A DNA stretch of 20,000 nucleotides, from IMG/VR virus record IMGVR_UViG_3300046746_000620, positions 54,523 through 74,522 of that record; one strand, 5' to 3'. Made by a program: the position numbers and the translations under genes. This document shows positions 15,920-20,000 of this stretch, one piece after another. Below the pieces are notes generated by a model, which saw only the letters and a program-made list of their open reading frames with translations, was not told the origin of the DNA and did no database searches. This stretch comes from an uncultured virus (IMG/VR IMGVR_UViG_3300046746_000620). Lineage: Duplodnaviria; Heunggongvirae; Uroviricota; Caudoviricetes. How positions within the stretch are numbered: position 1 is the stretch's first letter; the number at the start of each line of letters is the position of its first letter.

Positions 15920-16118
15920 TATCCTCTATGTTATAGACTCCGAAGTGAGACGCAAGCTCTAAAATCATTTTATCTTTGTTAAAATAACGATAGGCAAAAG
16001 AAAGTAAATCCTCTTGTTGTTTTCTCGTATGCCCATCTCTAAGTTCATCATAAATCTCAAAGATATTCATGTTCCAATTCCAACTCTCTACTCTCGCTTC
16101 TACTTGTGATGCTGTCAT
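15906..16118 (-). CDS. Hypothetical protein (70 aa)
   Basis: ORF track; TAATG stop/start coupling with the upstream gene. Confidence 0.75.
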   Translation of the reverse strand: MTASQVEARVESWNWNMNIFEIYDELRDGHTRKQQEDLLSFAYRYFNKDKMILELASHFGVYNIEDNENE

Positions 16119-16333
16119 TATACTGCCCTTTCGTTTACTTGTTCTAACATAAGTTTAAATTGATCAAAAACTTTTTGCTTGCTACCTTTGAGACCAAACT
16201 CTTGTTTGATGATAGAATAGCAAGATCTGCCTCGACTCATTTGCATACCTAAAGTCTCAAGCCTTAAACCTCTGAGAAGAGTTTTGTAGCGAAACATTTC
16301 GATTTGTTCGGGTGTGTCTAATACTGCTGTCAT
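16118..16333 (-). CDS. Phage hypothetical protein (71 aa)
   Basis: AAGGA SD; GLRLETLGMQMSRGRS...IKQEFGLKGSKQKV. Confidence 0.8.
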   Translation of the reverse strand: MTAVLDTPEQIEMFRYKTLLRGLRLETLGMQMSRGRSCYSIIKQEFGLKGSKQKVFDQFKLMLEQVNERAV

Positions 16334-16346
16334 AATTTTCCTTGTG

Positions 16347-16571
16347 TTATAGTTGTGCTGATTGAAAAGATGATTCTATTCTACGTTCATCTTGTAATGC
16401 TGTCAAGTCCCTAATGATATCTTCTAAAGATTCATCCTCCGATTGGAATGAGCTACCCTTCGGGAACTTGTCAGGGTGGCGTTCGCATTGGTCGAGACAA
16501 ACTGTTGACATGGGATCCGACCATGCGAGGTTGCCTCTAACGATATCCATAATTGATTCTGATAATGTCAT
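16347..16571 (-). CDS. Hypothetical protein (74 aa, MTLSESIMDIV...)
   Basis: C-terminal part of track ORF 16347..16745; ATGA overlap with 16568..16735 supports the later start. Confidence 0.7.
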   Translation of the reverse strand: MTLSESIMDIVRGNLAWSDPMSTVCLDQCERHPDKFPKGSSFQSEDESLEDIIRDLTALQDERRIESSFQSAQL

Positions 16572-16735
16572 TGTTTTGCCCTTTCGTTTTGGTCGTCTAC
16601 AATCTTTGCGAGGCGAAGTAATTCTTGGGTTACTTCTGCTTTTGCGGTGTTGTTTGCTTGTGGGCTTTTCAACACCTCGACCATAACAGGAACGAGTGCT
16701 GACCATGTTGGTGTGATATCTATTGTTTCTTGCAT
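16568..16735 (-). CDS. Hypothetical protein (55 aa; MQETIDITPTWSALVPVMVEVL...)
   Basis: Hand-translated; ATG 6 nt after the predicted -10 box. Confidence 0.75.
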   Translation of the reverse strand: MQETIDITPTWSALVPVMVEVLKSPQANNTAKAEVTQELLRLAKIVDDQNERAKQ

Positions 16736-16741
16736 ATAAAC

Positions 16742-16770
16742 ACACTAAGGGAATTTTTAGTTGCTGTCAA
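16742..16770 (-). promoter_or_regulatory. Sigma70-type promoter, probably leaderless (ATG 16735)
   Basis: TTGACA-N17-TAGTGT-N6-ATG; 26 bp from element 9. Confidence 0.8.
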
Positions 16771-16796
16771 ATAAAAAGAAAATAAAAATGCTTTTG

Positions 16797-16869
16797 TAAG
16801 TTGTTGAATTTTAAGCAGTTAGGGTTTATCGCAGCGCTCCGCTTTAAGTGCTTGACTATCAACACTTTA
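16797..16869. repeat. Bipartite palindromic element, copy 9
   Basis: TAAGTtgttgaattttaagcAGTTA-gggtttatcGCAGCgctccgctt-TAAGTgcttgactatcaacaCTTTA. Confidence 0.92.
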
Positions 16870-16943
16870 TACAATCACCTTGTTCCTAACATTACTTAAT
16901 AATTCTTCATAATTTTTATTATATTTATATTATTTGTTATTTA

Positions 16944-17159
16944 TTATTTGTTATTATTTATACTAATGTTATTTATTATATATCCAGGACTGGGTAGTAA
17001 TTTATTATTTTGGTAATACATATTATCCCATGTACATTCTATTTGATATGCGTCAAGATACCAAGGTATTAACCAATGGTAAGCAAGAAAGAATGCAAAA
17101 TATATAAAAATAAACATAAAAAAATAATTTATTATTTTAAATGAGAATTTAAGAATCAT
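16944..17159 (-). CDS. Putative small membrane protein (71 aa)
   Basis: Hydrophobic YFFMFIFIYFAFFLAYHWLIPW; ATG at 17159 is in frame with the track ORF. Confidence 0.5.
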   Translation of the reverse strand: MILKFSFKIINYFFMFIFIYFAFFLAYHWLIPWYLDAYQIECTWDNMYYQNNKLLPSPGYIINNISINNNK

Positions 17160-17214
17160 AATCCATAAGTAATTTAAAACCAAGAACGATAGACATTATT
17201 ATCACTATTTCCAT
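17149..17214 (-). CDS. Putative 21 aa hydrophobic micropeptide MEIVIIMSIVLGFKLLMDYDS
   Basis: Hand-translated; fills the gap and overlaps the next start. Confidence 0.4.
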   Translation of the reverse strand: MEIVIIMSIVLGFKLLMDYDS

Positions 17215-17234
17215 ATTATATATTGTTATTATTG

Positions 17235-17489
17235 TTATTTGGCTATAGCAAAAACTGTTCTTAAGAGATCCATCTCTCGACCCCTGAAGAAAACATTACG
17301 ACAGTAATCGATATCGTTTTTTTCTACTTCAGTGATGCGAGCAGCTGCCCTCCAAGCTTCGATAACCTCTCTCTCCATGGCTCCCCACTTAATAACTACT
17401 TTAGTGCAGGGAAAGTGCTCTGCGAGCTCAGTTAACTGTTTTTTGTTCATATAACCATATGATGATAGAATTTCTTTTATTGTTTCCAT
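17235..17489 (-). CDS. Hypothetical protein (84 aa)
   Basis: ORF track; has its own promoter. Confidence 0.8.
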   Translation of the reverse strand: METIKEILSSYGYMNKKQLTELAEHFPCTKVVIKWGAMEREVIEAWRAAARITEVEKNDIDYCRNVFFRGREMDLLRTVFAIAK

Positions 17490-17495
17490 AATAAT

Positions 17496-17524
17496 ACTCT
17501 AGTATAAAATATTAATATGGTCAA
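17496..17524 (-). promoter_or_regulatory. Sigma70-type promoter, probably leaderless (ATG 17489)
   Basis: TTGACC-N17-TAGAGT-N6-ATG. Confidence 0.7.
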
Positions 17525-17526
17525 AC

Positions 17527-17565
17527 AAAAAAGCCCCCCTCGATCATCCATGGATCGAGGGGGGC
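17527..17565 (-). terminator. Strong rho-independent terminator after the ncRNA
   Basis: Perfect 13 bp stem GCCCCCCTCGATC/GATCGAGGGGGGC, 7 nt loop, U6 on the minus strand. Confidence 0.9.
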
Positions 17566-17582
17566 GAGTGTTCAGAGGAAAT

Positions 17583-17794
17583 TGGTGTGGGGAGGGATTA
17601 CTGTATACCCTCAAGTTTTCGGCGTGAACATCAGTTCATGGTGTACCTACTTCCAACCACAAATTAGACATGGTATTTGTCATCGGCTCATTCGATTGAA
17701 CTCTACCGCCCCACCACAGGGAATTTGCATACCTTAACCCGCTCACGACAGGTTTATTCGGTCACCCACAGGAAGGATTATAAGCCCTTCCAAA
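17583..17794 (-). ncRNA. Structured ncRNA, probably manA RNA motif-like
   Basis: GC-enriched stretch with no track ORF. Minus strand has a GGAAGG/CCUUCC hairpin, GUGACCGAAUA, GUUAAGGUAUGC, UUGUGGU, GAGGGUAUACAGUAAUCCCUC hairpin and a 3' CCCACACCA that can pair with 5' UGUGGG. These resemble my recollection of the manA motif; not searched. Confidence 0.65.
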
Positions 17795-17805
17795 GTGATA
17801 AAAAA

Positions 17806-17817
17806 TATTAAAGAACA
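17806..17817 (-). promoter_or_regulatory. boxA-like antitermination site
   Basis: TGTTCTTTAATA versus E. coli rrn boxA TGCTCTTTAACA (10/12), located between the promoter and the ncRNA. Confidence 0.45.
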
Positions 17818-17879
17818 AAAATTTTGAGGCTATTTTATTTATTTGAGTCGCCTCTTCTCAATCATGGATGATACTTACT

Positions 17880-17908
17880 ATAATACTAAAAAAATTACCT
17901 TTTGTCAA
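17880..17908 (-). promoter_or_regulatory. Sigma70-type promoter for the ncRNA
   Basis: TTGACA-N17-TATTAT. Confidence 0.75.
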
Positions 17909-18587
17909 CTATTAAATGGTTTCTATCAAATATAATTGTATTTTCATCGATTAGTTTTTTATACTTTATTTCCTTTTTAAAATCTTCGAGTAATAAAAAT
18001 TTGTAACCTAATTTAGATTCTTCTTTTGTTCTGTAAGCATGATATTCACTTTCCACTATAGGCAAGCTTCTGCACATCAATGCTTCATAAAATCTGAAAC
18101 TCCAAGTAGCATCACCTGCTGGACACAGGCAGTATTTACTTTGACACATTATTTGAAGATATTCTTTATCATTTTCTAAGGGGTTGTATCTTAAATTTTG
18201 CAAATCTTTAGTGAGGGTGCGATTATTTCTAGGGTTATATCCTTTACCCGAATTTGTATAATCAAATGAACCTAAACTTTTCCAATTAGGTTCATCATCT
18301 GTATTTAAAAAATACGATTTGTTTGTAAAATTTTTTTTTGCAAATTCTATAACCCACTGTCTGTTATTTTTAATTCCTTTTGAATTTATTGTCCCCATAA
18401 AGCAATAGTCATAAATCTTTTTTCTTGGCAATTTGTGGACTTGTTGGTAAAATCTCTTCGAGAATTTAGCTATCGGAGGGTTTGCAACCACATTTTCAGG
18501 ATTTAACCCCTCTTCCCTTAAAGCTTCTTCCATCTGATATTTAAACTCTAAATATCCAGAACCTCCTTGAAATTTGCTAGGACTCAT
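17895..18587 (-). CDS. Exostosin/GT47-like glycosyltransferase domain protein
   Basis: YDYCFMG, NRQW, YLQIMCQSKYCLCPAGD and SFRFYEALMCRSLPI match the exostosin pattern S.FCL.P.G...R.YEA...G.IP. Confidence 0.75.
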   Translation of the reverse strand: MSPSKFQGGSGYLEFKYQMEEALREEGLNPENVVANPPIAKFSKRFYQQVHKLPRKKIYDYCFMGTINSKGIKNNRQWVIEFAKKNFTNKSYFLNTDDEPNWKSLGSFDYTNSGKGYNPRNNRTLTKDLQNLRYNPLENDKEYLQIMCQSKYCLCPAGDATWSFRFYEALMCRSLPIVESEYHAYRTKEESKLGYKFLLLEDFKKEIKYKKLIDENTIIFDRNHLIVDKR

Positions 18588-18820
18588 TGAGTTTTTGACC
18601 TTATTATCCTTAATGCTCTTGATTTCGCATCATCGTTAAATCTATTTGATCCTTCTATATCTTCAAAATAAGGATGGAGATGAGCGAGGTCTTCATCACA
18701 CAAATAGCAAGGTCCGTGACCTGCCTTCGGGCAACTATGAGAGGTTGGAGCATGAGGGTCACTATAATCGCAATGGTTGCATCCTGTTAAAAATAATAAG
18801 ATAAGAGTTATATACTTCAT
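18584..18820 (-). CDS. Putative small lipoprotein, Cys/His-rich
   Basis: MKYITLILLFLTG-C lipobox; HC...HSCPKAGHGPCYLC. Confidence 0.6.
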   Translation of the reverse strand: MKYITLILLFLTGCNHCDYSDPHAPTSHSCPKAGHGPCYLCDEDLAHLHPYFEDIEGSNRFNDDAKSRALRIIRSKTQ

Positions 18821-18838
18821 TTATATTAAATAGTAATA

Positions 18839-19309
18839 TTATTTATATAATTTTTCAAATTCTTTTGAGAACATTTCTTTAGTATCTTCTATATTTAAAA
18901 CTAAATCTTGATGTGCCGAATTAGTTTTCAATGAAGAACCCAAACCATTATTAAAAGTAGATATATATTCTTCTATACCATTAAAGGGCATTAATACTAT
19001 TTTAGTTTTATATCTATCTTGATAAATAGCAAACTTAACTTTATCTTTATCTAATTTTTGTTTAACTATTTTGATGAGTTTTTTTACATCGTAACTTCTT
19101 TTAAGCTTAACTCCATTAAGTTCATATCTATATTTAGAAACAACTTCCAACTGATATGGTGGATGTTGCTTCCATGTTTTGGGGCAAAGTATTTTTACCT
19201 CATTGCCATGTTTGTCAGTATAAAACCTAGGATTTTTTAACCAAGTTAAATCGCAACAAGCAAAACTTTTAGTTGCAATTAAAAATGTAATAAATGTAAT
19301 GTATTTCAT
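18839..19309 (-). CDS. Putative secreted protein or lipoprotein (156 aa)
   Basis: N-terminal MKYITFITFLIATKSFA-CC is signal-peptide-like. Confidence 0.65.
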   Translation of the reverse strand: MKYITFITFLIATKSFACCDLTWLKNPRFYTDKHGNEVKILCPKTWKQHPPYQLEVVSKYRYELNGVKLKRSYDVKKLIKIVKQKLDKDKVKFAIYQDRYKTKIVLMPFNGIEEYISTFNNGLGSSLKTNSAHQDLVLNIEDTKEMFSKEFEKLYK

Positions 19310-19563
19310 AATAGATTATCCTTGTTTAATTCGCGTAACTCTTTTAATAATTCTTTTATTTTAAACCAACTTTTATCCGCAGGAAACAATTCTGCATGAT
19401 AATTACTCTCAGTAGACCTATATAAATCATCTGCAAACTCTTCTAGTTTAACTAATTTAATCAACATTAATTCTTTTGGAGTTAATTTCTCGTATAGTTC
19501 TTCATTGGTTGCGAAGAGACTAACATCGGGGTGATCACCGATTTTCTTGATTGATGCGTCCAT
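19306..19563 (-). CDS. Hypothetical protein (85 aa)
   Basis: ORF track; overlaps both neighbours. Confidence 0.75.
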   Translation of the reverse strand: MDASIKKIGDHPDVSLFATNEELYEKLTPKELMLIKLVKLEEFADDLYRSTESNYHAELFPADKSWFKIKELLKELRELNKDNLL

Positions 19564-19754
19564 TATGCTACCCCCTTTGCTAATCTTTTAGCTTGTATTT
19601 GTTTCAACCTGCGATCTGCTTCTCGTTGTTGGGCGAGAATACCTTCTGTCGCCTCATTATAACCTAAGAACCTGCGAGTGAAAGCGAATGGGTCTTTGCC
19701 CTTTACTTTATTCATTACTGATGTTGCTCTTGCGCATTTTGCTATATTAGCCAT
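19563..19754 (-). CDS. Basic hypothetical protein (63 aa)
   Basis: AGGAGG SD upstream. Confidence 0.8.
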   Translation of the reverse strand: MANIAKCARATSVMNKVKGKDPFAFTRRFLGYNEATEGILAQQREADRRLKQIQAKRLAKGVA

Positions 19755-19786
19755 AATTTTTCCTCCTATTTGAATGTTATGATTAC

Positions 19787-19815
19787 ATCCTAGTCTAAAT
19801 TCTACCCCTTGTCAA
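19787..19815 (-). promoter_or_regulatory. Sigma70-type promoter with a short SD-containing leader
   Basis: TTGACA-N17-TAGGAT; predicted leader of about 26 nt containing AGGAGG before ATG 19754. Confidence 0.7.
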
Positions 19816-20000
19816 ACTTTTTTTAATTGAATTGTTCTTTTTCCTTCTTCAGTTTGTATTCTAATTAATTCTTGCTTTTGTTTTCTAGCAATTCGAGAGG
19901 CTTTTCTTATTGCCATTGCCTCGCCTCGATATTCGTCAACGATTTTGCCGAAATTTAAAACTTGAAAAAATTCTTTAAAATTAGAGTGTTGAATTATTTT
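19812..20000 (-). CDS. 5'-truncated hypothetical protein, paralog of 7188..7358
   Basis: Hand-translated ...KIIQHSNFKEFFQVLNFGKIVDEYRGEAMAIRKASRIARKQKQELIRIQTEEGKRTIQLKKV*. Confidence 0.7.
   Translation of the reverse strand, partial: KIIQHSNFKEFFQVLNFGKIVDEYRGEAMAIRKASRIARKQKQELIRIQTEEGKRTIQLKKV

Noticed and set aside
16572..16745. N-terminal extension of track ORF 16347..16745 (likewise 8914..9042)
   Set aside because: It overlaps a better gene and promoter; downstream ATGs fit coupling or promoter geometry.
7706..16869. CRISPR array
   Set aside because: Repeats are degenerate, paired and separated by kilobase gene modules rather than 30-40 bp spacers; no cas genes seen.
7706..16869. Elements as ordinary intrinsic terminators, canonical attC or dif sites
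   Set aside because: No consistent GC stem plus U tract, and copy 7 has a separate terminator beside it. RYYYAAC/GTTRRRY ends are not consistently present. The boxes do not fit the 11-6-11 dif layout.
17583..17660. tRNA or tmRNA gene suggested by the 3' CCA
   Set aside because: No TTCRA T-loop, no cloverleaf of about 76 nt, no tmRNA-type GGGG 5' end or tag frame recognised.
1566..19240. Shadow ORFs (1566, 3833, 5477, 7210, 7269, 8147, 8236, 9596, 9642, 10438, 12857, 13188, 14229, 14434, 15706, 16414, 19058)
   Set aside because: They overlap better-supported genes or read through repeat elements; the recurring MIIK starts come from the element sequence itself.

Overview
AT-rich segment of a large, probably uncultivated tailed dsDNA phage. 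Positions 1-6.7 kb are a minus-strand core block: terminase large subunit (runs off the left edge), HAD/MDP-1-like phosphatase, C2H2-Zn-finger/ERCC4 nuclease, methyltransferase-like protein, coiled-coil protein, ECF-like sigma factor, Zn-ribbon protein and PhoH. Positions 6.9-17.5 kb look like an early/host-takeover region of about 35 small genes, including Gp88-like, DUF932, WYL-like and several unannotated micropeptides. The main signal is nine dispersed copies of a 72-73 bp element, [TAAGT-N15-ACTTA]-N9-GCNGC-N8/9-[TAAGT-N15-ACTTA], spaced 0.8-1.6 kb apart, which divide this region into cassette-like modules. Six copies lie 26-28 bp upstream of a sigma70-type -35 box, and in four cases the element's outer TAA is the stop codon of the adjacent gene. 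Fifteen genes have the exact geometry TTGnnn-N17-(T/G)AnnnT-N6-ATG, which suggests leaderless mRNAs. At 17.5-17.9 kb is a stand-alone structured ncRNA unit (promoter, boxA-like site, manA-like RNA ending in CCA, terminator), followed by a GT47/exostosin-like glycosyltransferase and small secreted proteins. All family calls come from motif recognition by eye; no database searches were run.
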